Of a stretch of 64,000 bases of DNA, positions 49,453-63,909 are shown piece after piece (within the stretch, counting starts at the first letter, position 1; every line of letters starts with the position of its first letter). A program made the translations under genes and the position numbers. The stretch lies in the NCBI RefSeq assembly GCF_006345805.1, contig NC_043010.1, positions 13,020,001 to 13,084,000 of the forward strand. Direction: 5' to 3'. The notes below the pieces were generated by a model. That model was not told the DNA's origin and did no database searches. It saw only the letters and a list, made by a program, of their open reading frames with translations. The DNA is from Octopus sinensis (lineage: Eukaryota).

Positions 49453-50427
49453 GGAGAGAGATCATGATGCATTGTTTGTAAGTAAGATTGGATGGTCATG
49501 GCTGGAATTCCTTATGATTATACTTCCTGATCAATGATAGTTGACCTAGAGCTAAACTTCAACAACAATTACAAGAAGAATAACAGCATGATTTCTATCT
49601 AAGTTGGATTTTCCAAAAATATGTATTAAAATCTTTAATTTAATTCTGATTAAATAAGTGAGCTAATGAGATAGAACGTAGCCACACATACATATACACA
49701 CATATATAAACACACACACACACACATACACATATACCCACATACACACACATGCTATACATGCACAGATACGCACACATGCACACACATACACTCATGT
49801 TCATATCACACACACATGCTACACACAAATACAGTCATACATACACTCATACACACATACACAATATACACATGTACATACACACACACACTCCTACACA
49901 CAGACACATAATCAAAAGCACACCACATGTATACATACACACACATACATACATACATACATACACCCACACATGCACCATACACACACACACATACATA
50001 CACCACAAGAATACATAAGCAAACATATACACACACATGCACACATACTCACAAACATACATACATATATATATACATACATACACATACCCCAACACAC
50101 ACATGCACCCATACACACACATAATACATACACCATACACATACATACACACACCACAAGCATACATAAGCATACACACACACACATGCACACATACTCA
50201 CAAACATACATACATATATATATACGTACATATACCCCAACACACACATGTACCCATACACATACATACATACACACACCACCTATAAGCAAACACACAC
50301 ACACACACTCACACATACATACATACACCACAAGCATATATAAGCTAACACACACACTCACACACACATGCACACACACACACACTCACACACACACATG
50401 CACACACACATGCACACACACACACAT

Positions 50428-50462
<35 letters not shown>

Positions 50463-51143
50463 CACACACACCACACACACACATGCACACACACACACAC
50501 TAATTTCACTGGAGAAAAAGAGACACTTTTTAAAAATTATTTCAAAAAAAATAAATCCATTTATTTCCTATTTAAATAAAGGTTATTCGAAATAAACCCC
50601 TAAAACTTCCCTAACTGACTTCACCATTTATTCATGTTATACATTTCTTTCTAAGGTTAAAAAAATATTAATAATGTTATTATGGTAATTTCTCAGAAAT
50701 GACGATGCCAGCTTCAATACGGATTATTAAACAGTCATAATCTATATTTAGAAATCATATAGGAGTGAGAATTTGGTAATGACCTCTACACAGTGACCGG
50801 CATGTCTCCGATACCTGTATGTCTCCATGCAACCATGCAACCATGAATTCCTTATGAGCTGACGCCAGATTTTCCCAAGACTTGACAATAATACTTTGAT
50901 TCTATATTCCAATGCTATCTATCTATCTTTCTATCTATCTATCTATCTATCTATCTGTCTATCTATCTATATATCTATCTATCAACCCATATCTGTGTGT
51001 GTGTGTGTTTATGTATACATGTATATATATCTATCTGTTTGTCTGTCTGTGACTATCAATCTATCTATCTATCTATGCATGTATGTATGTATGTATCTAT
51101 CTGTCTGTCTATGTATGTATGTATGTATGTATGTATCTGTCTG

Positions 51144-51220
<77 letters not shown>

Positions 51221-51231
51221 GTATCTGTCTG

Positions 51232-51351
<120 letters not shown>

Positions 51352-51365
51352 TCTATATATATATA

Positions 51366-51403
<38 letters not shown>

Positions 51404-51511
51404 GTCTATCTATTTATCAATATATCTATCTGTCAACCAATATTTATGTGTGTGTGTGTGGTGTGTTTATGTATACATGTATATATCTATCTGTTTGTCT
51501 GTGTCTATCAA

Positions 51512-51576
<65 letters not shown>

Positions 51577-52669
51577 CAGTGTGTGTATATGTATATGTGT
51601 GTATATATATATATAGATAGATAGGTAAGTAGGTAGGTAAATAGATAGATATATGATATTATACTATATACATATATACACGTTATACACAACTGCATGC
51701 AAACACACACACAGACATATATACTTGTATATATACGCACATTACATACAACCATACATTCATTTGTACTTATAGCTACCTATTTATAGACTTTTATATA
51801 CTTTTATAGTAATTTCAAACGGATATTTTTCATATAAATATCACCTTCAAAGTGCTTTGATTTATTAGTAATAAAATAAGAATCACAGAAAGAGAGAAAG
51901 AGAAAGTTGTATGTGGGAAGAGAGTGAGAGAGACGGTGACAGAGAGAAAGGGAGTGGGAGTGAGAGTGAAAGACTGAGACAGAGACAGAGAGAGTAAGAG
52001 AGGAAGAGCAAGAGAGAAAAAAGAGAGTCATGCACAACTAGAGAGGGAGACAGTGAAAGAGAATGAGAGAGAGAGAGAGAGAAGTAGATGATGAAGACGA
52101 CGATGATGATGATGATGATGGCGATGACAATGATAATGATAAAGATGATGATGATGATGATGATACCAACAAGGATGATGATGATGATGATGATGGCGAT
52201 GACGATGAGAATAACGACAATGATGATGATGATGATGTAGATGATGATGATGATGATGTAGATGACGACGACGATGACGAGGATGACGATGACGATGATG
52301 ATGATGATGATGGCGATGACGATGATAATGATAAAAATGATGATGATGATGATGATACCAACAATGATGATGATAACGATGACAATGATTATGATGATGA
52401 TGATGATGTAGAGAAGGGAGTGGATGAGGGAGAGAAAAAGGTAATGAGAAGTAAGGGAAAGTGAAAGTAAAAGAAATGCCCACGCTACTTTTTTTTTTAG
52501 TTTTGTTTTGTTTTGTTTCTACTACTTTCCGTACTTTTGGCAGGGATACACAAGCACCTTTAGTAAAAAGAATTAAGTAAAGCGAGTGCAAGCAAGGAAG
52601 GAAGGAAGGAAGAATGGAAGGAAGAATGGAAGGAAGGAAGGAAGGAATGAAGGAAGGGTACAAGAGTTA

Positions 52670-52772
52670 TTAGGAGAGTTTGAGTTTGATGTCAAGCAAT
52701 TCTCCCTTCAGCCAGTCCTGATAGTAGGAACATTGGTGAAAACGCTGGTTGCCGAACTCTGTTCTTTTATAA
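52670..52772 (-). CDS. Candidate terminal exon of an unidentified gene
   Basis: Acceptor TTGATTAAG|; frame YKRTEFGNQRFHQCSYYQDWLKGELLDIKLKLS*; no homology recognised. Confidence 0.25.
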
Positions 52773-53810
52773 CTTAATCAATAAATGGATAGACCTTCCC
52801 AATTCATTTCACAACACCACCACCATACACAGACACAGACACACGTGCAACCACCCCCCGCCCCCACCCCCACCGCCCCGACCGACCATGTAGAAGCTAC
52901 ATGCATCTTTTGTTTCCCTTTAAATATTGCAATAGTAGCCCGATACAGCTAACAAGTTTCAAAGAGGAGAAAAAAATTAAAGTCGCGCTCATGAGGAATT
53001 TTCTGTACTTTCATCCTGCTTTCTCCCCACACCCCCACCCGCCGACTCCTTCGAAAGCACACACTAATAAATCTAAAAATGGCCATCACTGCCAATGGGA
53101 ATTTTATTATTATTATTATGTTTTTTTTTTGTTTTTTTTTTTTTAACTCTGTCACGGTGTCTGAATGGCAGGCTGCATGTGACCATGTACATGTGTGTGT
53201 GTGTGTGTGTATATGTGCATGTGATTATGCCTGTATGCACGTTTGTCTACGTGTCCATGCATTTCTGTGTCTGTGTGCACGTGTGTGCATGTGTGTGTGT
53301 GTCTGACCATGCATGCGTGTGTGTGTGTGTGTGTGTTAAAGCCAACAGTTGGAATATGATTGAAACATTGAATTATAGAAAAATGCAAAGACTAAAATAT
53401 CCAGTGTGGTGTTTATGCGTTTCCATGTATAAGAGGTTAAATATAGTATATATATACAACAAACTATATATAGTTTGACACATATACAATATCCAACCAC
53501 AAACACATACACACATACACACACATATATAAGCATATATAAATATACATAGATACATATATGTATAACACATATTTATATGTACATATGAATATATATA
53601 CATGTATATATATATATATACATTTGTAAAAAATGAAGTTCGAAAATGCTGCTGTATTATACAATTTTTAATTTTTATATATATACATTATAACATGTTT
53701 CAGTTCCTGAAATGAACTTTATCAAAAAAGTTATATATAAAAAAAGACAGCCATGCCGTCAAACACAAGAAATTCATTTATAATACACAACGGAGTCAGA
53801 CATCTTAGAG

Positions 53811-53859
<49 letters not shown>

Positions 53860-53877
53860 TATGTATATCTATATATG

Positions 53878-53913
<36 letters not shown>

Positions 53914-53938
53914 AAAGTATGTATATCTATATATGTAT

Positions 53939-53970
<32 letters not shown>

Positions 53971-53986
53971 AGTATATGTATATCTA

Positions 53987-54025
<39 letters not shown>

Positions 54026-54069
54026 CACACAAAAACTTACACACACGCACACACATATATGTGTGTATA

Positions 54070-54119
<50 letters not shown>

Positions 54120-54149
54120 AACATGTGCTTGATTATGTATATGTCATAC

Positions 54150-54223
54150 ATAACTATAGATATAAACTCAGACATCGCACAAGTATTTAGTTGAAAATAC
54201 AATCCTCTTGAGAGTATATGGAT
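54150..54223 (-). CDS. Candidate internal exon (74 bp)
   Basis: CATTTTAAG| .. TAT|GTATGA; IHILSRGLYFQLNTCAMSEFISIV; alternatives exist nearby. Confidence 0.2.
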
Positions 54224-54761
54224 CTTAAAATGACATGTATATCTATAAATACATCCATATATGTAGCATATATATATATGTGTAGCATGTATATGTATGT
54301 GTGTGTGCGTGAGTGTGTGCGTATATGTGTGTGTGTGTTGTAAGTTTTGACTATGTGTGCATATACATGTGAGCATTACCTCTCTGCCTTACAAATCAAT
54401 CGCTAATACATATGTATGTATGCACGAGTATATATATATATATATTTATGTATCTGCGTGTATGTATGTACGCATGTCAGTATGTAAGTAAATGTGTGTG
54501 TGTGTTTATATAGACATACGTACATATGCATAGTAATACATGCACACCAACAAAACAAATTTGGATTGAACATCCACTTTTTTTCATGTATATAAGGCTA
54601 AAAATATCTTAAAATACAACTATATAGCTATAAAAAAAAATATATACATTTGTGTATATATTCTTATATATATTTATGTATATATAAAGGTAGATACATA
54701 GACAGACAGTCAGAGAGACAGATACATAAATAGACAGTCAGACAGACAGATATATATATAT

Positions 54762-54815
<54 letters not shown>

Positions 54816-54943
54816 GGATAGATAGATAGGAAGACAGACAGACAGATACCCAGAGAGATAGATAGATAGATATACAGATAGGTAAGGAGGTAGGTTGATA
54901 GATAGATACATAAATAGACAGACAGACAGATAGATAGACAGAC

Positions 54944-54980
<37 letters not shown>

Positions 54981-54999
54981 CATAGATCGATAGACAGAC

Positions 55000-55031
<32 letters not shown>

Positions 55032-55401
55032 CATAGATCGATAGACAGACACATACACACAAAGATAGATAGATAGATAGTTAGACAGACAGACAGATAG
55101 ACAGACACACAGATAGATAGATAGATAGATACATAGAGAGACAGACAGACACACACACAGATAGATAGATAGGTAGATAGATAGATACAAACACATACAC
55201 ACACACGCAGAGATAGATGTGTGTGTATATGTCTTTAAATACATAAACACATACACAAGCACACGCACAGGCACATTCAGATGCATGCACACACGCACAT
55301 ACACACAGACACACGCACACATATGCATACACACACACACAGAGTACAAATGTATGAACAGTTCCATTGATTCCATCCATGTAGAAATATACCGAAAATA
55401 C

Positions 55402-55497
55402 CTTTTTCTTCATAACTTTCTCAACGTGATCAATCCAACGAAAGCGAAACAAATAAATTGTCTCATACTGACAAACTCGGGGTGTGTAGATGGACGT
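55402..55497 (-). CDS. Candidate internal exon (96 bp, phase 0/0)
   Basis: Strong acceptor TTTTCATCCTTATATCAG| and donor AAG|GTATTT; the only open frame is [32 protein letters not shown]. Confidence 0.45.
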
Positions 55498-55629
55498 CTG
55501 ATATAAGGATGAAAATGTGTATGTGTCTGCTTCACATACATAGATGTTCCCATACATACACATACATGCATAAGTATAGACCATATGCTATATATGTACA
55601 TATGTATAAATACATATTTACATATACAT

Positions 55630-55678
<49 letters not shown>

Positions 55679-55786
55679 GATAGATAGATAGATATAGATA
55701 TATGTGTATATAAATATATATACATATATATGTATACACATATATATATAAATGTATGTCTATACATATACATACATACCTACATA

Positions 55787-55821
<35 letters not shown>

Positions 55822-56163
55822 GTATATACTTATACATATGCATACATATATATTTAAAAACACACACACATATATATAGAAGTATAAATATGTATGTGTG
55901 TATGCGTATATATCTGTATATACATGCATATATATGTGTATGTATATGTATTTATATATATATATATATTTATATATGTATGTAAATATACATATATAAT
56001 ATATATGTGTGTATATGTATATAATGTATATATATATATAATATAATATATATATATATATATATGTATGTAAATATACATATATAATATGTATGTAATA
56101 TACATTATATATATGTAATATACATATATATATATATATGTGTATATATATATATATATATAG

Positions 56164-56195
<32 letters not shown>

Positions 56196-56327
56196 GGTAA
56201 TACATGCATATATATGTATATGTGTATGTATATGTATATATTTATATATGTATTTATATATACATATATATATATACAGGATTGTGTATATGCACATATA
56301 TACACTCATATATACGCAGTCACATAC

Positions 56328-56391
56328 AAATGACCTAAGTCCTTTTGTACAAATACCATTTGGATTGTAATGTGACGTTTGTAATTTGTAA
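56328..56391 (-). CDS. Candidate internal exon (64 bp)
   Basis: GTATATAG| .. TTT|GTATGT; [21 protein letters not shown]. Confidence 0.3.
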
Positions 56392-56686
56392 CTATATACA
56401 CTCAAACACATTCTTTTCTATATCTTAATACATTTTTCTTCTTTTATATATATATATATGTATGTATATATGTATGTATGTATATATATACATATGTATA
56501 TATATATGTATGTATACATATATATATATATAAATATATATGTATGTATATATGTATGTATATATATGCGTATATATGTACATATATATATATAAATACA
56601 TATGTGTGTATAAGTAAATATATATGCATATATGTATATACATATATATATACATAAATATATATCTAAAAATATATATGTGTAAA

Positions 56687-56728
<42 letters not shown>

Positions 56729-56877
56729 TATGCAAGTTATTCATACATAAACAAATACATATATTTAATATACATGCACACATACATACACTATATATAT
56801 GTATATGTATAGATAAACATGTGTGTATGTGTGTGACATATATCTATATGTATATATGTATGTATATATCAATACAT

Positions 56878-56952
<75 letters not shown>

Positions 56953-57226
56953 CATGTGAGCATGGTTGTGTTTTTTTGTGTACATATATAAAACGGATTG
57001 CATATGTGTATATAAACATATATGTTGAACATATATGCATATTTTGCATAAAATAGAAATGGATTGGCAATAGAGAGAGAAGACAGATCAGGCAGAGAGT
57101 GAGAGACAGATAGACAGACAAAATGAGGAGAGAGAGAGAGATAGAGAGATGGAATATGACCAGCATATAATACAAGTATGCATGCCTGCATATATACACA
57201 CACACACACACAACACACACACATAT

Positions 57227-57281
<55 letters not shown>

Positions 57282-57331
57282 GTAGTATATATATATGTAT
57301 GTATATGGGCATTGGGTTTTTTTGGTGTAAC

Positions 57332-57396
57332 CTTCTCTCTCTCAATTCAAATTTCTTGATAAATTTAATATCACACTGATGTCTTACAACAGACAC
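57332..57396 (-). CDS. Candidate internal exon (65 bp)
   Basis: Acceptor GTCTTTTAG|; weak donor AAG|GTTACA; VSVVRHQCDIKFIKKFELRER. Confidence 0.3.
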
Positions 57397-57962
57397 CTAA
57401 AAGACATTGGAATTGGTGGCTGAATATATTTGTCTGAATTTTCTAAAATCTAATGCATTAATTGTTGTTTCAGTGTTGAAGTTATGACTAGCTTCTACCA
57501 TCTCTGAAAATGTTCATCCAACAGCACACAGAATCATAACTATATTTTTCTTTTTCCTTTTTTCTTTACTTTTCTTTTCTTCTTTTTTTCTTTCTTTCTT
57601 TCTTTTTGTTTTTGTTTTTGTTTTGGTTTTGGTTTTGCTTTTGTTGTCATGTGTTGATCGATCGATCGGTTTATTTTTAGCCTGATGTTCGATATTTTTA
57701 GCTACAGCCCAGCTTGGCTACACTCTACTTTCACTTTCACTTTCTCATGCATTTTGGCTTGTTTGTCTACATTCAGAAGTTAAAGCATTGATGACTTGAA
57801 TTGAAAAGCTGGTGGGTGTGGCGGTGAAGCAGGAGAGGGAGTCGGCAGCGGCGGCAGTGGGGGGGGGGAGGGGTGAACTAGTTGGTAGGCATAAAGAAAA
57901 AGAAAAGAAAGAAAGAAAAAAGAAAAGAGAAAAAAAACGAAAGAAAAGAATGAGAATCTTAC

Positions 57963-58019
57963 TTGATTATATTTGAAGAATCCAGTTTGATATGTTGTAA
58001 ATGTACTCCAAATATTGTT
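57963..58019 (-). CDS. Candidate internal exon (57 bp)
   Basis: Strong donor CAA|GTAAGA but only a rare GAG acceptor; NNIWSTFTTYQTGFFKYNQ. Confidence 0.25.
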
Positions 58020-59701
58020 CTCCAGGACGTTTGGAGAACATATACATATATATGTGCATATATATATATATATAGTATATATATATATGTATGTATTTAT
58101 ATATGTATAATGTATGTATATGTGCAAGTGTGCATGTAGAGCATGCATATCATGTATACATATATATATGTATATATGTGTACATGTATCTATTAGATAT
58201 CATAGTGTGTGTGTATGTGTATGTATGTGTGTATGTGTGCATGTGTGTGTGTGTGTAATACTGCTGGGTGCACCTGTGTCTATGAAGAACTATACAGAAT
58301 GACAGATGTATTTTGGATGCATGTTTTGGTATCTGGAAATGCCCCAGCTATTTAGCCTGGATACATGCAAGTGATAGGTAGATTGCATACCGTAGTCTGT
58401 CAAAAAATCCACAGCGTGTGAGAGCGCAAAAGCAGTCAGCCCATTGCAATCAGATCAGTCTGGTTCAGTTGTTGGAGAAGGAATGGAAAAATCCAACCAC
58501 ACAATTTTATACTGGCCCGACACAAATCAGTTCAACAATCTATCAAGCCACTCCCCGCAATATTCTGTCACACATCCGACCAGCCATAGCCTCATCCATA
58601 CACACACCCATATACAATGAGAGACTTGAATACATGCACATATATATACGTGGTGATATACAGATATGTGAACATGTGCTTTGCTGGATGGGAAATGAAA
58701 GCCTGTATATGTGTGTACATGTGTGACTGTATGTATCTGTGTTTGCATGTATATATGTATGTATGTGAGTATGTTTGCATGTATGTATGTATGTATGTAT
58801 GTTTGCATATATGTTGTAAATTTGCATGTATGTATGTATGCATGTATGTAAGTATGTATGTGAGTATGTATGTAAGTATGTTTGCATGTATGTATGTATG
58901 TATGTGAGTATGCATGTATGTATGTATGTATGTATGTATGTATGTATGTATGTTGTATGTATGTATGTATGCATGTATGCATGTATGTATGTATGTACGT
59001 ATGTATATATGTATGTAAGTATGTATGTATGTATGTGTGCATGTATGTATGTATGTATGTATGTGTGCATGTATGTATGTATGTATGTATGTGTGCATGT
59101 ATGTATGTATGTATGTATACATGTATGTATGTTTATTATTCCACACATTTTATAAAGTTGTCTAAACTCTGCTATTCATAGCTATATATATGTGAGTACA
59201 TATATGTGTAAGAGCTTGGCTATTGCTATGTATGTGAATATATATGTGTATATGTGTGTGTATACATATATACACATCATGTACTTCTCATATGGATCTC
59301 TCATTCTTCCTCATTCCCTCTCTCTCTCTCTATATATATATATATGTATGCATATACATATATATATATATATATATAATATATATAATATATATATATG
59401 TATGTATGCATGTGTATGCATGTATAAGCTTGCGTATATGCATGTGTGCATGTATGTGAGTTTATGTGTCTGTGTGTGAGCTTGTGTCTGTGTGTGTGTC
59501 TGTGTGTGTGTGTGCTTGTGTGTGTGTATATTTGTGTGTGTGTATGTTTGTGTGTGTAAAGATATCATTGTATATGCTTGCAGATACAGCTGTTAGGATG
59601 TGTGGCAGAATAATACACAAACAGTTAAATAAATAGATATACACACACCTATACATATACATTTATACATACATGTATATGTGTGTGCATGTATGCACAC
59701 T

Positions 59702-59733
<32 letters not shown>

Positions 59734-60001
59734 CATACATGTATATATGCACACATATGAATAGGTACATATATATGTATGTTTATATATATATATTTGT
59801 GTATGTATATACATATATATATATATACATATATATGTATGTTTATATATATATATTTGTGTATGTATATACATATATATATATATACATATATATATAC
59901 ATATATATATATACATATATAATATATATATACATACATACATACATATATATATACATATATATATATATACTATATATATATATATATAATATATATA
60001 C

Positions 60002-60036
<35 letters not shown>

Positions 60037-60234
60037 TACATACATACATACATATATATACGTTATATATATACATACATACATATATATATATATATGT
60101 ATATATATATAATATATATACATACATACATACATATATACGTATATATATATACATACATACATACATAATATATATATGTATATATATATATATATAT
60201 ACATATATACATACATATATATATAATATATATA

Positions 60235-60266
<32 letters not shown>

Positions 60267-60965
60267 GCATGCTTGTACATACTTAAACATTTTCAGTATG
60301 CAAACATTAATTTTAACATGTGTGTGTGTATGTGTGTGTGTGTGTGTGTATGTGTGTGTGTGAGTGCGTGCACATGTACACATGCATGTGTGTGCATGTG
60401 GGAATGTGTGCATATATCACCCCTTCACAGAGCCACATCCTGGTATATTAATATTCAACAGGAATATTCACTGGTAAAGTCTATTATTTTAATAGGAGGC
60501 AGACATCAATCTAAAAATAGTCTAAGCTATAGATTTACACAGACCAATTCAATTCAAAAATAGAGAAAACAAACAAAACACATCAATACTCACTTCATCT
60601 TTGACTAATTTTCCTCTTATAGATGTTGCTGTTACTGATTCTGCTAGTGCTGTTATTTACCCCAAGGCTACCCTGATCCAGTCGATCTATGACCAAATGC
60701 GTACAAGCCATGACAAAATCATTTTCACATTTTCTTTAAAAAAAACAAAATAATATACGCAAGACTACATCATTGTGTATGTACACTTGAAAGACAGCAG
60801 AGTAAGGCTTGAGGGAGGTTTTGTTGCTATTTCTAGCATCTTAAGTGACCTCATAGAGGCATGTTATCTAATAATAATTATAATAAGCATTTTTTTTTTT
60901 AATTTCTGCCATAGACATAAGGCCTGAAATTTTCACAGAAGGTGCTATTCAATTACATCCACCCC

Positions 60966-61300
60966 AGGCGCAGGAGTGGCTGTGTGGTAAGTAGCTTGTT
61001 TACTAACCACATGGTTCCGGGTTCAGTCCCACTGTGCGGCACCTTGGGCAAGTGTCTTCTACTATAGCCTCGGGCCGAACAAAGCCTTGTGGGTAGTAAA
61101 GAAATAGGTATTTCGTCTGTCACTATGTTGTGATTTCAAATTCTGCCGAGGTCGACTTTGCCTTTCATGCTTTCAGGGTCGATTAAATAAGTACCAGTTA
61201 TGCACTGGGGTTGATATAATCGACTTAATCCATTTGTCTGTCCTTCTGTGTTTGTCCCTTCTGTGTTTAGCCCCTTGTGGGTAGTAAAGAAATAGGTACC
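60966..61300 (+). mobile_element. Chimeric SINE: family A head joined to family B1 tail end and unit
   Basis: Switch inside the shared CCTTGTG at 61085-61091. Confidence 0.9.
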
Positions 61301-61304
61301 TTAT

Positions 61305-62212
61305 TCTATCAATCCTAAAAGGATGAAAGGCAAAGTGGACTTTGGGAGAATTTGAACTGAGAAGATAAAGACAGACAAAATGCCACTAAGCACTTGTCCA
61401 GCATGTGCAGATACAGCTGTTAGGATGTGTGACAGAATAATACACAAACAGATGAATAAATAGATTTGCACACACCTATTCATATACATTTATACATACA
61501 TGTATATGTGTGTGTGCCAGCTCTCCACCTTATTTAATGATAATAATAATCCTTCCTACTAAAGGCACAAGGCTTGAAGTTTGGGAAAGTGGAGGAAGTT
61601 AATTGCATCAACCCTGAGTCTTCAATTGGTATTTATTTTATCAACCCCAAAAGGATGAAAGGCAAAGTTGCCCTCGGTGGAATTTGAACTCAGAGCATAA
61701 AGTCAGATGAAATACCATGAAATAGCATTTTGCTCAACATGCTAACAATTCTGCCAGCTTTTCACCTTAATAATCATAATAATAATAATGGTTTCAAATT
61801 TTGGCACAAGGCCAGCCAGATCAGGGGAGGGTGTTAGTCAATTACATCAACCCTAATATTCAACATGTACTTGTTTTATCGACCCAGAAAGGATAAAAGG
61901 TTAAGTCAACCTTGGTGGAATTTGAACTCATAATGTTAAGACGGACAAATGTTGCCAAGAATTTAACCTGGTGTGCTAACAATTCTTATTTCTTTATTGC
62001 CCACTCGGGGCTAAACACAGAGGGAACAAACAAGGACAGACAAACGGATTAAGTCGATTAGATCGACCCCAGTGCATAACTGGTACTTAATTCATCGACC
62101 CCGAAATGATGAAGGGCAAAGTCAACCTCAGTGGAATTTGAACTCAGAATGTAATGGCAGACGAAATACCACTAAGCATTTCGCCCGGTGTGCTTACGAT
62201 TCTCCCAGCTCA
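61305..62212 (-). mobile_element. Cluster of four family B copies (B, B2, B2, B1)
   Basis: Family motifs; the first carries a 109-bp templated insert. Confidence 0.88.
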
Positions 62213-62540
62213 AATAACAATGATTTTGTTTATTTCCCACCAGGGTGAAGGATGAGGGGGACAATACAAAGATCAACACAAAGTGTGGGTGTTTACATAT
62301 AATGAAGTGATGACAAAGAAAGAACGGAGCAAGTATACACAGTATACAATGAAAAGGAAGGGAAATAGACATAGGCACAGGCGTGGCCGTGTGGTAAGAA
62401 GCTTGCTTCCCAAGCACATGGTTCTGGGTTCAGTCACACTGCATGGAACCTTGGACGGGTGTCTTCTACCTTGTGAGTGGATTTGGCAGGCAGAAACTGA
62501 GTCATGTGCCTTCACTAAGGCAAGTGTTATAGCATAATTC

Positions 62541-62690
62541 ATTAGGGATAGATCTAGAACAAGTGACATGCAGTTCATCTTTGTGCCAGAAAGAGGTACT
62601 ATTGATGCTGTCTTTTTTGTGAGACATCTTTAGGAGAAATACTTAGCTAGAAGTAAGCCCCTACAGCTAGCATTCATCAGCCTTTGATGG
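62541..62690 (+). pseudogene. RTE-clade reverse transcriptase fragment
   Basis: DMQFIFVPERGTIDAVFFVRHL*EKYLARSKPLQLAFI, like QFGFxPGRGTTDAIFxxRQLQEKY..LYxAFVD. Confidence 0.85.
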
Positions 62691-62722
62691 GTTTTCATGC
62701 TCTGTAGTTTAGTTGTCTTTAA

Positions 62723-63272
62723 CCCTTTCGTTACTGTATTTATTTTGAGATACTCTGCGTTTCTTTCAAATACGTTAAATATACGGAGATGTACTCGCAT
62801 AGCAAGTGATTTGATCTGAGATCGTGTGCTGGAACGAAAACAACTGCAGCATGGAAGGTGTTTGTAAGCCATTTAAGAAACACACAAAAGCCGTTCGATT
62901 CACTTCAACATTTAAGTTTAATTTGTCAAAATATTTTCTTCGCTATAAGACCGCGACCTGTTCACTGATGCAGCACGGATTTTTGTCAGTGAACAGGTCG
63001 CGGTCTTATAGCGACGAAAATATTTTGACAAATTAAACTTAAATGTTGAAGTGAATCGAACAGCTTTTGTGTGTTTCTTAAATGGCTTACAAACATCTTC
63101 CACTTTAAATATAACAAAGAATTTAGTAAAATAACTTAGTTATCATACAGTTAGTTTTAGGAACGTTAATTGTGATTAAGGTTTGGTGATAAATTTTAGT
63201 TCAAAACTTTTGAAAACAAGACGTTTGTACTCAGAGCCAAAGCCAGTTTCATCTGGGTTGGTAACGAAAGGG
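62723..63272 (-). mobile_element. piggyBac-type MITE with nested palindromic insert (62784-63102)
   Basis: TTAA TSD on both sides; TIR CCCTTTCGTTAC; body matches 35393-35612. Confidence 0.92.
62853..63101. repeat. 116-bp inverted repeat with 17-nt spacer
   Basis: Arms 62853-62968 and 62986-63101; 3 mismatches by eye. Confidence 0.95.
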
Positions 63273-63324
63273 TTAAGGAAATTAAAAGGTTCAAAAGGCT
63301 GTTCAGAAGCAATTTTTAGCTTCC

Positions 63325-63909
63325 TTTGCCCAGGTAACCAAATTATTCTCACAACCATTGAAATTATTTGCCCAGGTAACGAAATTATTCTCACAACCAT
63401 TGAAATTATTTGCCCAGGTAACCAAATTATTCTCACAACCATTGAAATTATTTGCCCAGGTAACCAAATTATTCTCACAACCATTGAAATTATTTGCCCA
63501 GGTAACCAAATTATTCTCACAACCATTGAAATTATTTGCCCAGCTAACCAAATTATTCTCACAACCATTGAAATTATTTGCCCAGGTAAGCAAATTATTC
63601 TCACAATCATTGAAATTATTTGCCCAGGTAACCAAATTATTCTCACAACCATTGAAAATAATTGCCCTGGTAACCAAATTATTCTCACAACCATTGAAAT
63701 TATTTGCCCAGGTAAGCAAATTATTCTCACAACCATTGAAATTATTTGCCCAGCTAACCAAATTATTCTCACAACCATTGAAATTATTTGCCCAGCTAAC
63801 CAAATTATTCTCACAACCATTGAAATTATTTGCCCAGGTAACCAAATTACTCTCACAACCATTGAAATTATTTGCCCAGGTAACCAAATTATTCTCACAA
63901 CCATTGAAA
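63325..63909. repeat. 42-bp minisatellite, about 14 units
   Basis: Unit TTTGCCCAGGTAACCAAATTATTCTCACAACCATTGAAATTA; near-identical units with no spacers. Confidence 0.98.

Noticed and set aside
60594-60650. Minus-strand exon with strong GAA|GTGAGT donor
   Set aside because: No pyrimidine-rich acceptor; upstream frames are blocked by stops; partly resembles a decayed SINE head.
63325-63909. CRISPR-like array
   Set aside because: Units are contiguous and near-identical with no unique spacers; no cas genes; eukaryotic context.
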